DNA of 47,165 bases from a virus (Duplodnaviria; Caudoviricetes). The stretch lies in IMG/VR virus record IMGVR_UViG_3300012041_000011, positions 1 through 47,165 of that record. One strand, written 5' to 3'. A program made the translations under genes and the position numbers. Shown in pieces: positions 8,494 to 18,555 of the stretch (positions are counted from its first letter, which is position 1; the number at the start of each line of letters is the position of its first letter). The notes beneath the pieces are model-generated. The model was given only the letters and a program-made list of their open reading frames with translations, was not told where the DNA came from and made no database searches.

Positions 8494-9534
8494 TTATGCG
8501 ACACCATCTCCACTTGAGAAGACAACGAAGCGAGGATCAAGCACAACTGGCTCATAGCAGGCAGAGGCCTTTGCTGTTGAGTTCTCGTTGTACCAGTTCG
8601 TACCGCCGTTGAATTCTGTCGGTGCGGAGAGCGTCGGGTTTTCCGTGACTTCGAGGTATGCCCCGAGGTTCATCATATCCACCATCAGCCAATACTTCGA
8701 CTTGGTAGAATCAACGTTACCCTGGTTATCAGAGTCCAACCACATCGCACGAACGAGGCGGTACTTCCCTTGGAATGGGTTGTACACACCGCTGTTCGGC
8801 GCATCCACTGGGGAGGTGGAACGAAGGATCTTCGCGAACACGTTGTACTGAGTCTGATCAGATGCGACAAGAATCACTTCCTTACGAGCCGGACGTCGGT
8901 TACCGTTGTTATCGAAGATCTGTTGGTTTGTGATGTTTTCTGCGGCTTCGAGAGAACCTGCCGATCCCTGTGGGTTAGCGGCGATGCGGTTCCGATAGGT
9001 CGTTGCAGAGTTCGTCAAGGTGTGGGCCGTGTTGTAGAGCGAGAGACCGTCACCAGTCGAAATGTCAACCGTTCGTCCATCGATGTTCACATATGTGGTA
9101 GAAGTGCCGAACGTGAACGGATGCGTAAGGTCAAGCTCGAGGCGGTAAGCCACACCATAACCCGTGTCCGTCATGAGAGACGTGAGTTGATCCGGGTACT
9201 TGTTGTGGTACATGAAGAACCACGTCCATGGGAGGGAGATCGTTCGGCGAACAACCGTCACATCCTTGTAGTAACCAGGAGCAATCGTCCCAGTAGCGAA
9301 GTCATCACCCTGGGATGTTTCCTTTGCGAGAGAGAGACCCGTCAAGCGTTCTTCAACGCGGAACGTGATGCCCATCGCTGGGCCTTCATACCGAGAGACG
9401 TAGAACTGGCGCATCACACCGTTCACTGCGGCGAAGGATTCAAAGCCTTTGTTGAAAAGAACTTTGAGGTTTGCAGTCCAGTCAACTAGAGAACTGGTGT
9501 TTGCAATGTTTGTTGGGAAAGAATTCTGTGCCAT
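8494..9534 (-). CDS. Major capsid protein
   Basis: 346 aa, in the portal-scaffold-capsid position; TGDGLSLYNTAHT and ILRSTS...N.GVYN motifs resemble Mu gpT-like HK97-fold capsids. Confidence 0.8.
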   Translation of the reverse strand: MAQNSFPTNIANTSSLVDWTANLKVLFNKGFESFAAVNGVMRQFYVSRYEGPAMGITFRVEERLTGLSLAKETSQGDDFATGTIAPGYYKDVTVVRRTISLPWTWFFMYHNKYPDQLTSLMTDTGYGVAYRLELDLTHPFTFGTSTTYVNIDGRTVDISTGDGLSLYNTAHTLTNSATTYRNRIAANPQGSAGSLEAAENITNQQIFDNNGNRRPARKEVILVASDQTQYNVFAKILRSTSPVDAPNSGVYNPFQGKYRLVRAMWLDSDNQGNVDSTKSKYWLMVDMMNLGAYLEVTENPTLSAPTEFNGGTNWYNENSTAKASACYEPVVLDPRFVVFSSGDGVA

Positions 9535-9558
9535 ATATTTTAGTTAATAAGATGGAAC

Positions 9559-9987
9559 TTAGGTCGTTGAAGTCGGGATGACCAAGTAACCAGCAATCTG
9601 AGTCGCAGAGATATAATCTGTAGACTGAAAAGCACCAACGGCTTCTGCTGCACGATTCACCGTAGAAGCGTCCGTAAGATCGAAGGTTCCACCGATATCT
9701 GTCGCAACGAGCGAAGCTGTGGTGGCGATCCAGATCGAGTTCGTGCCAGCGGTCGGCACGAGCACAGGAACCAGCGTGTTGGAAGCGTAGTCGGAATCCG
9801 TAGCAGCGATAGCCTTCTGGATTGCACCAATATGCTTGGTGGTCGTAGAAGTCGCTGGGATCATGAAACCTGTCTGAGATGCTGGCCAAGCGACCAACGA
9901 GAGGTTGGCGTACACCTGGGAAGCCGTCTTCTTGAAGAACCGCAGGGCGAAGTGGTTCGACGCAGCAGTCTTAGGGATGAATGACAT
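9559..9987 (-). CDS. Capsid decoration/cement-like protein
   Basis: Probable start MSFIPK at 9987; 142 aa, immediately upstream of the capsid gene. Confidence 0.6.
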   Translation of the reverse strand: MSFIPKTAASNHFALRFFKKTASQVYANLSLVAWPASQTGFMIPATSTTTKHIGAIQKAIAATDSDYASNTLVPVLVPTAGTNSIWIATTASLVATDIGGTFDLTDASTVNRAAEAVGAFQSTDYISATQIAGYLVIPTSTT

Positions 9988-10347
9988 AGATATAATTAAG
10001 AATCTAAATACAGAAAATACCACAGTTCGTGTGGTGTGTGAGTTGAGAACTATTCCCAACCTGCTTTGTTGTTGCACGCGCCAGCAGTAGCGCGATCATG
10101 GATTTACTGCCAAGTCAGGTCATTGAGGTTTTGCGGATTTCCTCGACAAGTCCGAAAGTGCTGTCAGGTTTGCGGGTTACTGACGTCCGAGATTGACTAG
10201 ATTGCTCATCGTCAAACCGATCGGCTGGGTATTAGTACCCCAACCTCACGGTCTGCAGAAGAACTAGATACATCATACCGCGCCCTGCAGAAAAAGAAAA
10301 ACACTAAAAAAACTCCTTACAACTTCACCTTTCCAGCGTTACCCACT

Positions 10348-11142
10348 TTAGACTTGAGATTCTGGGTCGCTGACTGGCGCGTCTTCCCCACCGCTGACAT
10401 CTTCACGTTTGTTCCCTTCATCGGAGTCACTGACGCTCTCACCATCTTCGGAGTCTTTTGGAGTTTCATGTTCGTTAAGTTTGATAATAGCTTCTTCGAT
10501 CGCCTGGAGGCGCCAACGGTCAACCGGAGAACCGATATACGCCTCAAGAGCCTGGACTTGGAGTTCAAAGACCGCCTCAGCGATCTTCTTCAGGGAGATC
10601 ACAGCCGGAAAGCCCTGTTTGATGTCTGCCATCGGGACATTCGTAGACACGAGGTGGTCGTAGATGATCTTCTCTACCGGATTCAGATCTGCAGGCTTCA
10701 CTTCTGTTCCTGTTTCCTTCAGAACATCGAGGCACTTCTGAGGCGTGAGCTCAAGTTCCCAGTGTTCTGTCTTGAAGAGCTTGTTGTTCAGCTCATTCCG
10801 GACGTTCGAGAGAGCCTGCATCACCCAGTCCATCGTAGATTGAGCGTCCTGCCAGAGAATATTGTGAGAAACAAGGTTATCTAGGACGTTCTTCTGGATT
10901 CCTTGAATGGACTTCACGAAGTATTCCTGTCGGTCTGTGTTAGGCTTCTCGGTCTTGAGTTCCCACTCATCAGCGTGTACAACTTCAGCTTCTGGCTTCT
11001 TCTCATCGTCGTAGATAACCCAAACCTGATCAACATCTTCGAGTGCGACCTTCCCGTATTCCTTCACCTTCCGATCTCCCAACCAGAGGCTATTCGCTGT
11101 TTGAGGTGCAATCGTCGGTTCTACTTTGATTTCATCAGACAT
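10348..11142 (-). CDS. Hypothetical protein
   Basis: 264-aa ORF with an acidic tail. Confidence 0.75.
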   Translation of the reverse strand: MSDEIKVEPTIAPQTANSLWLGDRKVKEYGKVALEDVDQVWVIYDDEKKPEAEVVHADEWELKTEKPNTDRQEYFVKSIQGIQKNVLDNLVSHNILWQDAQSTMDWVMQALSNVRNELNNKLFKTEHWELELTPQKCLDVLKETGTEVKPADLNPVEKIIYDHLVSTNVPMADIKQGFPAVISLKKIAEAVFELQVQALEAYIGSPVDRWRLQAIEEAIIKLNEHETPKDSEDGESVSDSDEGNKREDVSGGEDAPVSDPESQV

Positions 11143-11148
11143 ATTTTT

Positions 11149-11721
11149 CTAGTTCAAAAAACTGTGAGCAATCTGCATAGTTTCACCAGTATATGACTCT
11201 CCACGATCCGTAGAAAGAACAACGGTGTGTTTCTCATCAGGTTGATAAGGGATCGGGCGCCATTCTCCGACATTGTTCTTCTTGCAATACCCCAAGATCT
11301 TTACTGGGATCTGGTTGAACTTTGTGCGCTGGTCGAATTCTTCGTAGTGCATCTTATGTTCCTTTCCATCTTTCGTAGTGACGAGCATGAACTGCTTGTC
11401 TTCAATGTTCCCTAATCGATCAAGGGTGACCATCGAACCTGGGAGCATCTGCCATTTAATGATCGGGTTCCCATCCAATGAGCGGATGAACCCAAAGAAA
11501 TCTCCTGTCTCCTGGTTGATCTCAGTCTTCACGCCCGCCTTCTTGGCTAGCTTACCGATCACTCCCAGAGCCTGGGACAACTGTGCCTGCATTTCTCTCA
11601 ACTCATCTGCCTGCTTCTGCTCCTTGGGGGTAGAGAAGCCATTAGGGATCTCTTCAGAGGCGACAGGAGTGTTTACGATCACATCTTCAAGGGGTTTTGC
11701 TTCTTCTTGTTGTTTCGCCAT
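11149..11721 (-). CDS. Hypothetical protein
   Basis: 190-aa ORF. Confidence 0.75.
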   Translation of the reverse strand: MAKQQEEAKPLEDVIVNTPVASEEIPNGFSTPKEQKQADELREMQAQLSQALGVIGKLAKKAGVKTEINQETGDFFGFIRSLDGNPIIKWQMLPGSMVTLDRLGNIEDKQFMLVTTKDGKEHKMHYEEFDQRTKFNQIPVKILGYCKKNNVGEWRPIPYQPDEKHTVVLSTDRGESYTGETMQIAHSFLN

Positions 11722-11738
11722 AGTTTATGTGCTTTGCG

Positions 11739-12383
11739 CTAGATTTGGATATCTCCTGAGTGTTTATCGAAGTCCTCTTTGGTGAGTTTAAATTGCTTCC
11801 CGACTTCCAGCGTCTCTGGTCTGATCCCTCCGGCCGGAACTTGCGACCGAACATAACCAGCACCCGCCATCGCAGGAGCATTGAAACCTCGATCCTGTTT
11901 GCTGACCTTTGCTCGATAGTCAAAGGCGAACTCAACATCAAGAGACGGGTTACCAGACTTCGGAAGTTTCTCGACAATTTCGAGGACAGCTTTTGCTTCA
12001 GCTCTTGTGATGTTCGGTTGCTGCTTAATAAGAGAGATGATCTGTTCGTTGTATCCTTCTGCTTTCAATTCACTCTTCGCTTGGTCAACAATGGCTCTAG
12101 TGTCTACGGGCGCCGCTTCTGCGATAACAGCCTCAGGAGCTTCATCGCCTTCCTCGAGTTCTTTTACGCGACTCTCAAGAGAACGACGAGCATCGGATTC
12201 TGACTTCCGACGAGCGCGTTCATTCTTAGCGATCAAGTCTTTCTCCTTCACCAATGCATTCGCCTTGTCTAGCTGACTTTTCAGTTCAGCGACATCTTCT
12301 TGCTCAGGAGCTTCTTCCAAAGGTTCTCCTTCAGGAGTTCCTTCTACAGGAAGATCATCGAACACTTCTGTTTCTTCAGGCAT
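11739..12383 (-). CDS. Capsid scaffolding-like protein
   Basis: Acidic N-terminus and coiled coil; lies between portal and capsid genes. Confidence 0.65.
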   Translation of the reverse strand: MPEETEVFDDLPVEGTPEGEPLEEAPEQEDVAELKSQLDKANALVKEKDLIAKNERARRKSESDARRSLESRVKELEEGDEAPEAVIAEAAPVDTRAIVDQAKSELKAEGYNEQIISLIKQQPNITRAEAKAVLEIVEKLPKSGNPSLDVEFAFDYRAKVSKQDRGFNAPAMAGAGYVRSQVPAGGIRPETLEVGKQFKLTKEDFDKHSGDIQI

Positions 12384-12390
12384 GTGTGTG

Positions 12391-12687
12391 TTAGGAACCT
12401 TCGTCCTCCGGTTCCTCGTTAGATTGATCAGGTTTCAAAGTTTGGACGTGTTGGTCATGGAGCTGCTCGAACAGCTCGTAAAACTGTGTAAGGTGGACGG
12501 TCAAATCATGCATTACTTCCGCTTTGACGTAGTCCCTTGCCTTTATTGCTGAGATGCACTCCGCGTAACAGCTCTGAATCCCGAAGTCAATCTCAGTCTT
12601 GAACGCGGGCTGCCGGAAAACTGCGGCGGCACTCCCCGCGTGCGCTGGATTATCTCCAGGATCTTTAGGCTCAAAGAGGTTTAACAT
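12391..12687 (-). CDS. Hypothetical protein
   Basis: 98-aa ORF. Confidence 0.65.
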   Translation of the reverse strand: MLNLFEPKDPGDNPAHAGSAAAVFRQPAFKTEIDFGIQSCYAECISAIKARDYVKAEVMHDLTVHLTQFYELFEQLHDQHVQTLKPDQSNEEPEDEGS

Positions 12688-13054
12688 CTTTCGCTTGGTT
12701 CACTTCTTCTGAGTCAGGGACAACAACTGTGGTAATTGTGTCTTCGTTCACGAATGTCCCTTTTGTGACTACGAATCCTTTCAAAGCATCAGATTCTTTC
12801 GGGAGAACTGACACTTCTTTCGGGGCTTTGTAATCCTGACGGCAAATTGCGACATCATGCAGGACATCTTCCTTGAAGAGGATCGTGAGCAATCGTGCAT
12901 ATTGGATATCGTGTAACCAGTATTCCTGGGCGATAGAGTTGTTCTCTTCACCTTTCAATCTGAACCACTCTCCAGAAGCGGAAACTTGCCCAATGGTGTC
13001 TTTAACTCCGTTGATGATGACTTCACGGCCTACGTTATTAGTATGGAAGCGCAT
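12671..13054 (-). CDS. Hypothetical protein
   Basis: 127-aa ORF. Confidence 0.65.
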   Translation of the reverse strand: MRFHTNNVGREVIINGVKDTIGQVSASGEWFRLKGEENNSIAQEYWLHDIQYARLLTILFKEDVLHDVAICRQDYKAPKEVSVLPKESDALKGFVVTKGTFVNEDTITTVVVPDSEEVNQAKDVKPL

Positions 13055-13059
13055 AATTA

Positions 13060-15036
13060 TTAGCTGATACCAGCGGCTTGCATTTGTTTATTCATTTGCA
13101 TATCTTGCGGAGGGGAAGAAGGCATTCCAGGCTGCCCTGGCATTCCTTGTGGCGGCTGTCCTGGCATTCCGGGTTGCTGTCCTGGAGGGGGGGCTTTGGC
13201 TAATGCATCTTCAGGGTCTCTTCCGTTAGCGACGAGGAGCATCTTGTTCGCCCAAGCCTGATCGATGCCTGGATTATTAACGTACATCTGGTATTCATCT
13301 CGGACTTCTGCCTTGTCTGCCTTCTTAGACTTTCTATCCGCAGGGTTCACGATAACCTGGATGGTGTGTCGCATTTCTTTAATCACATCTGGGTCGAGAA
13401 GGATTCTCTTCTTCGGGTAACTAGAGTTCGTAGAATCTGCCTTCATCGCAGCTCGGACTTTGTATGCCTCTTTCCCGTCCATAGGGAGTGTCGCGAATCC
13501 GACTTCTTTGTTCCCTTCAATCCCATCTTTGTTAATGGGCCCAGTCACGGTGAAGAGCTTCTTCAAGGTGCTCACAACTTTCCCAGTCTCATCATCCAAC
13601 TTCTGGACTTTGAGTTTGGGATAGTTCTCCATCACTAATCTTAGCATCAACTCAGTTCGCTGTCTCTTCATTCCTGCTACAGCAGAGAAGACATTCCACA
13701 TCGTCCGTAAGGCAGCTCGCTGCTGTTCTCTGATCTCATAGGCTGTAGTTCCTCCTGGTGATCCTTGCCCAGAAGCAATCGGAGGAGTCGAGGCTTTGTC
13801 TAAGTTTGTTTCGATATACTCAATCATCCCCATGTCAGACTGCGTGACTCCTTGGTGTGTGATGAGCGGCTTCGAAGAAACATCACCCTGGCTTACGTTC
13901 CCCGGACGAAACATGTTTCTGTTGTAGATTGTTCGGAAGGAAGATACCAATGGCGGTTCGATTCCCTGACGGGCTTTGTCTACCAACGCGTTGTAGAAAA
14001 AATCTAGCAGAACTCCGTCGTTGTGCATTCTCTGGACAAAGCTCATGCCTGGAGCAAAATGGGGAGAGAACGGAAACAACTGTTGCCATGTCTTTGAATA
14101 TGCTAAGTCTTTAAGTTTCGTCGGGAGCGTGAGCCCAACCGGAGTCATCAAGACGTTATTGATAATAATCGCGTATTCGTTTCTCCAAATATTCTCGTAG
14201 ATTCGAGCGCGGATCATTCTCGGCTCTGTGGCTGTGGCCTGTTCTTCTTGTGTTTGGGTAATCAAATCACTCTGCTCAGCATCAAGCATCGTGGCCGTCA
14301 TAGGTTTAACAAACTTCCAGCGTTGCCATTCACCGAAGATCGTATCACCAGACTCCCATGGCATGACATACTCCGACCAGATATGAGGCTGGAGATGCAT
14401 GAACGGTTGTGTGATATCTCCGAGGAGGATTCGGTTCAATGGGTGGACTTGTGTCCAGATTTGTTCAAAAGCCGGTTCGACGTTCTTTCTTTCCTTCAAG
14501 GAAAACTTCATCGTCGTCGGATCCCACTCAGATGTCTTCTCGACTTTGTATCGACATTGCCACTGTACATCTTCGGAGATAGTCCCGTGGACGAGTAGAT
14601 AAAGCGTAGAGAGTTTGTCCTTCTCTTCTGAGAGGTTTAGCCCATCAGCGTGCTCGAGAAGAACTTCCAATCCTTCAGCCACAGGTTCAGCAGACTCTCC
14701 CCACATAGTATATGAACTCAACTCAGCTTGGAGGTTCAAATCCGCAACAGCTGCCATCACCGTATCAATCTTCTCTCGGATGGTCTGTCTGCGAGTGTTG
14801 CTTCTCCATGCTTCTTTCCGGGTGACGTATGCGAGAAGATAGCTGTCACTCTCGTTAGCCTGCATATAAGAAATAAGATTCTTCCGTTGAAAGAAATCGT
14901 ATGTGTTGCTCATCACATTCCAATCGTTCGTCCACTGACCTTTCAAAATCCCTAAGTATTGCGCTTCTTTCTCATCCGGAACCCAGGAAGGGAGTTCCGG
15001 CATCTTCTCCTTATACTCTGTCAGCGACGTCATCAT
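13060..15036 (-). CDS. Portal protein (P22-like)
   Basis: 658 aa directly after the terminase; G..TAYE...Q motif; Pro/Gln/Gly/Met low-complexity tail. Confidence 0.8.
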   Translation of the reverse strand: MMTSLTEYKEKMPELPSWVPDEKEAQYLGILKGQWTNDWNVMSNTYDFFQRKNLISYMQANESDSYLLAYVTRKEAWRSNTRRQTIREKIDTVMAAVADLNLQAELSSYTMWGESAEPVAEGLEVLLEHADGLNLSEEKDKLSTLYLLVHGTISEDVQWQCRYKVEKTSEWDPTTMKFSLKERKNVEPAFEQIWTQVHPLNRILLGDITQPFMHLQPHIWSEYVMPWESGDTIFGEWQRWKFVKPMTATMLDAEQSDLITQTQEEQATATEPRMIRARIYENIWRNEYAIIINNVLMTPVGLTLPTKLKDLAYSKTWQQLFPFSPHFAPGMSFVQRMHNDGVLLDFFYNALVDKARQGIEPPLVSSFRTIYNRNMFRPGNVSQGDVSSKPLITHQGVTQSDMGMIEYIETNLDKASTPPIASGQGSPGGTTAYEIREQQRAALRTMWNVFSAVAGMKRQRTELMLRLVMENYPKLKVQKLDDETGKVVSTLKKLFTVTGPINKDGIEGNKEVGFATLPMDGKEAYKVRAAMKADSTNSSYPKKRILLDPDVIKEMRHTIQVIVNPADRKSKKADKAEVRDEYQMYVNNPGIDQAWANKMLLVANGRDPEDALAKAPPPGQQPGMPGQPPQGMPGQPGMPSSPPQDMQMNKQMQAAGIS

Positions 15037-15073
15037 AAAAATCTTAGCTACGAATAAGAAAAACCATAAAGAT

Positions 15074-16411
15074 CTACCCCATCAACTCATACCCGGAGTC
15101 GTTACCCTCCATCATACCCTGTTGTCCATTGAAAGGAAAACCAGCCTTCGCAGTCTCGAAGATCTCTCCATGGTGCTGTTTCACATATGTTGTCAAATAA
15201 CGTAGGCAATCTGCGTAATGACTCGTCCAGTCATGGAACGGATGGTCAAGGAATGTCTTCTTGTCGTCATCCCACTCTTGCCGATATTGCTTCAGAGCAT
15301 TGATCAACGTCTCGCAATTCTTCAAGTCAAAGAAGAACCTACCGAAAAGCCCTTTTGTAAGTTCTATCCCATGAGCTAATCCTAACTGCGGGAGGACAAT
15401 GACATTTTCCGTAACCAACTGTCTGAGCTTCTGTTCTCTCGTGAGTCCTGAGGTCAGTTCTTTCACCTTCGCATCATGTGGGAGGGCGTGGGTGTGGTAT
15501 CTGTATGCAGCCTTTGATCGGATAACTGAAGCATAGAAAGATAAATCCTGCCCGTGGTTGTGATAGACATCAATGATTCTGATCTCCGCACCGAAGAGCT
15601 GAAAGAACAAGACCACCATCTCATCGTTCATCCCCAAGTCCCAGACCGTGTAGACTGGAAGCATTGGTTCGTGAGGCAAGAACCCTACTCGGCCGTCTTT
15701 CTCCGCGACAGTCATGTACTTCCCGAAGTACGCACCTACGAGCGCGGCATCAAAACTGACGTAGTATTCCTGCTCAATGAGTTCATCGCTCATCCCTTCT
15801 AATCTCTCTTGCTCGATCTCTTCTTTCGAGATGACTCCAGTGTCTTCGACGGTGAGGACTTGGTAGAACCATCCTGGACTTTTCTTCGCAATGTCTAAGA
15901 TTGTTTTCCCGTGGTTATTTCCTCGAGGTGTAAAGTTAAAGATAGCCCACCCGCCATTTTCTCTGAGGATCGGTCGAATGAAATCCCATGCAGACGGATG
16001 TTGAAGGGCATACTCACTGAACACACACCCCACGGGGTTCGTACCGACAATTGAGTCGACGTTATCTGTTCCGATGACTTGGAGGATGGATCCGTTGATA
16101 AATTCAATGAGCATGTCGGAGTCATTCTTTCGCTTGATGATCTCCTTCGGGAAGTGGTCGAGGAACGAGAACCCGTCTTTGTCTCTGCCTTGCCAGAGGA
16201 TTTTCTTCCCTTGGGCATATGTAGGTAGAAAGTAATAATAAGCACCAACACGCTCGAACACCTTCTTTGCAAGGATGTTGACGAGTGTCTTATCCTTCCC
16301 GGCTCTGCGGTGCCAGACACAGACTGCCCGCTTGCACCCCTCATCCATCGCCTTGAGCAATGGGAGCTGGTAAGAGCGTGGGGTGAAGTTGAATGGGATT
16401 GTGATCTCCAT
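15074..16411 (-). CDS. terL: Terminase large subunit
   Basis: WHRRAGKD Walker A, VFSEY Walker B, FTPRG, WDLG and PHD, HDWTSHYAD nuclease motifs. Confidence 0.95.
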   Translation of the reverse strand: MEITIPFNFTPRSYQLPLLKAMDEGCKRAVCVWHRRAGKDKTLVNILAKKVFERVGAYYYFLPTYAQGKKILWQGRDKDGFSFLDHFPKEIIKRKNDSDMLIEFINGSILQVIGTDNVDSIVGTNPVGCVFSEYALQHPSAWDFIRPILRENGGWAIFNFTPRGNNHGKTILDIAKKSPGWFYQVLTVEDTGVISKEEIEQERLEGMSDELIEQEYYVSFDAALVGAYFGKYMTVAEKDGRVGFLPHEPMLPVYTVWDLGMNDEMVVLFFQLFGAEIRIIDVYHNHGQDLSFYASVIRSKAAYRYHTHALPHDAKVKELTSGLTREQKLRQLVTENVIVLPQLGLAHGIELTKGLFGRFFFDLKNCETLINALKQYRQEWDDDKKTFLDHPFHDWTSHYADCLRYLTTYVKQHHGEIFETAKAGFPFNGQQGMMEGNDSGYELMG

Positions 16412-16485
16412 GGGGTTCGAAGAAGAGTGAGCCTGATGCTGGGATCAGCGGTATCAGCCCGTGCAGATCCAAGGTGAGGTTTTTA

Positions 16486-16869
16486 TCAGCTGTTCGGGGT
16501 TTGTTCCGTTCCAGGATTCTCAACGACACCTTGGATCTGATTTTGGAGATTCTTCTCTTCCCCAAACTTCACAAAGTTGAGAACGATATCTTTTCCGCCC
16601 TTCCCAGACAGTTCGACAGATTCCGTTGGCTTACCCATGGCTCTGTTCATGATTTCCTGTGCGGCCTTCCAAGCATTAGGTTCTTTATCTTTGAGCTTCA
16701 ACATCCTACGTAGCTTTGGAATTGCTTCTTCTTGCGCGAGTTTCACCCAGAACTCTGCCTTTGCTATTTCAAACTCTTTTGATACAATTCTTTCAATATC
16801 AGCCTTTCGGCCGCCATTCTTGTGGCCTCCGTTGAACTTTCTCTTATCTATTTTGAGAATTGGTTCCAT
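16486..16869 (-). CDS. terS: Terminase small subunit
   Basis: NGGHKNGGRK N-terminus; KAAQEIMNRAMGKP...VELSG; upstream of terL. Confidence 0.7.
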   Translation of the reverse strand: MEPILKIDKRKFNGGHKNGGRKADIERIVSKEFEIAKAEFWVKLAQEEAIPKLRRMLKLKDKEPNAWKAAQEIMNRAMGKPTESVELSGKGGKDIVLNFVKFGEEKNLQNQIQGVVENPGTEQTPNS

Positions 16870-16880
16870 TTAGATCTTTG

Positions 16881-17084
16881 TTAAGCCGTTTCTCTAGCTT
16901 CCTTGCTCCCATCCTTGAAAGATAACGAAGAGATTTGTTTGACTAATACGCTCCAACGTTTCATGAGTCTGGGATTTGATTCCTTTCTGATTTCTGTTTC
17001 GTATCCCTGTCTCCGGAGATTGAGAGCTTTCAGTTCAGCATCCTGTTCGGAATCACATGTGTGGAAGAGAAGAAGCGTTGGCAT
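16881..17084 (-). CDS. Small hypothetical protein
   Basis: Probable start MPTLLL at 17084. Confidence 0.45.
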   Translation of the reverse strand: MPTLLLFHTCDSEQDAELKALNLRRQGYETEIRKESNPRLMKRWSVLVKQISSLSFKDGSKEARETA

Positions 17085-17466
17085 ATTTCTTGATGAGTTC
17101 TTCGAGTTCTGGCCGATTGAATTGCTTGATCTCATGCTTCTGTTTCTGCAATTCATTTAGTATCTGATCGCCATGCTTGAGCTGAAGCCTTAGAGCGTAT
17201 ACGTCCATGTTTCCCTTCTTCCAGATGTTACACGGCATGCACTGACAGTTCACGTTCCTCTCATCCCATCTCAATGAATGATGAGAACGGGAAACGTAAT
17301 GGCCCGCCTGCATTTGCTTCCAATGCTTCTGTTCTGGACATGTGAAGCACTTTCCGTTATCTCTCTGTCGGATAAAGATCGAGAACACACGATCAAGTAT
17401 CTTCTTCAGCTGTCCTGTAGTCTTGAGCTTCTTTTTCTTCAACGTCTTCCTCTTCGTCTTCTTCAT
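17053..17466 (-). CDS. ninG: NinG/Rap-like HNH-fold recombination endonuclease
   Basis: FSIFIRQRD, CFTC, AGHYVSR, RWDERNVNCQCMPCN. Confidence 0.9.
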   Translation of the reverse strand: MKKTKRKTLKKKKLKTTGQLKKILDRVFSIFIRQRDNGKCFTCPEQKHWKQMQAGHYVSRSHHSLRWDERNVNCQCMPCNIWKKGNMDVYALRLQLKHGDQILNELQKQKHEIKQFNRPELEELIKKYANASSLPHM

Positions 17467-17475
17467 CTAGAAGAA

Positions 17476-17763
17476 TCATACACCCTGCTTTTGAATAAGT
17501 AAATCCCAGTATGAACTACTCTCTTGAGTTGGTAATAAGCCTGTTTTCAGGAAGTAATTCCGAGATTGTAGCCGGAGTAATGCTCCATACCAAAGGCTTG
17601 CATATTCCGGAGATTCCGCGATTCTGTCGATGTAGATAGCCTTTAGTACAGGAACCTGTTCAACCTTCTCTACTTCATTGATTTCTCCATAAGTCAAGCC
17701 AACAAGCTCCCAAAACGCCTCTGTGTCTTTGAACTTGATAATCTTCGGTGGTTCAATGTGCAT
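17476..17763 (-). CDS. Hypothetical protein
   Basis: 95-aa ORF overlapping the initiator stop. Confidence 0.6.
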   Translation of the reverse strand: MHIEPPKIIKFKDTEAFWELVGLTYGEINEVEKVEQVPVLKAIYIDRIAESPEYASLWYGALLRLQSRNYFLKTGLLPTQESSSYWDLLIQKQGV

Positions 17764-18550
17764 AATTTTTGCAATACCCTCCGTATAAAGCTATCGGATT
17801 ATTTATATTCTCCTTTTGGCGGATTCTGGCACCTATCGCTTGTGAGATTTCAATGAATTGGACAATATCAACTTTCTCTCGGTAATCTCTTGCGACTTGA
17901 ATCCATCTCTTCCCATTTTTCTCCCAATCTCTTTTTATTATACTAAATGACTCTGAATACGGTGTTTCTTTTTCAATGAAAGCATACATATTGAAATGAC
18001 AACAGATCCATTGAGCAAAATCAAACATATTAAACCCAGATTCGAGTCTTGCTCGTAACTTACCATACATATCAACAATACCTTCTGCTTCTGATTCCTT
18101 GAATGTAAATTCTAAGACAGGTTTCAACACTTCAGACGGCTCCGTTGTTTGTTTGTTTTCATTGTTTACATTCTTAGTTGACGTTACTTGCGCGTTACTT
18201 GCGCGTTGGTCGCGCGTTACTTCGCGCGTTACTGTATTAAACTTTTCCCAATTATTTAGCTGTATTAAGCTGTATTTAGAGGTTGTGAAGACAGTTACTT
18301 CGCGCGTTGATTTTAGCTTATCCAAAGAAGTGCGCACAGATTGTACTCCCAGGCCAGTTTCTTTACTGAGGTGCTTCTGGCTAGTGATGAATTGTCCTGG
18401 CAAGATCACAATACCTTGCCATTTCTTGGGCTCATAATTAGCCTTAATAAGCAAATGTAAAAATAAACGAGTAGTGTTTATATCAGAATACCACTCCCAA
18501 TTCAGAATGGTTCTCCAGATAGGTACAAAACCTTGTGATTTATCAAGCAT
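17753..18550 (-). CDS. Phage replication initiator (replisome organiser)
   Basis: GFVPIWRTILNWEWY...LFLHLLIKAN...GQFITS wHTH N-terminus; next to the helicase; contains iterons. Confidence 0.85.
   Translation of the reverse strand: MLDKSQGFVPIWRTILNWEWYSDINTTRLFLHLLIKANYEPKKWQGIVILPGQFITSQKHLSKETGLGVQSVRTSLDKLKSTREVTVFTTSKYSLIQLNNWEKFNTVTREVTRDQRASNAQVTSTKNVNNENKQTTEPSEVLKPVLEFTFKESEAEGIVDMYGKLRARLESGFNMFDFAQWICCHFNMYAFIEKETPYSESFSIIKRDWEKNGKRWIQVARDYREKVDIVQFIEISQAIGARIRQKENINNPIALYGGYCKNYAH
18182..18308. repeat. Iteron-like repeats, putative origin of replication
   Basis: Tandem CGTTACTT(G/CG)CG units at 18182-18233, a further copy at 18294-18308, and an adjacent T-rich tract at about 18144-18167. 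Confidence 0.7.
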
Positions 18551-18555
18551 ATAGT

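Noticed and set aside
8770-10884. Plus-strand ORFs of 239 aa and 176 aa (also 36726..37502)
   Set aside because: Antisense shadows of well-supported minus-strand genes.
13090-13200. Short DNA repeats at the portal 3' end
   Set aside because: They encode the PGQ/PGM low-complexity tail.
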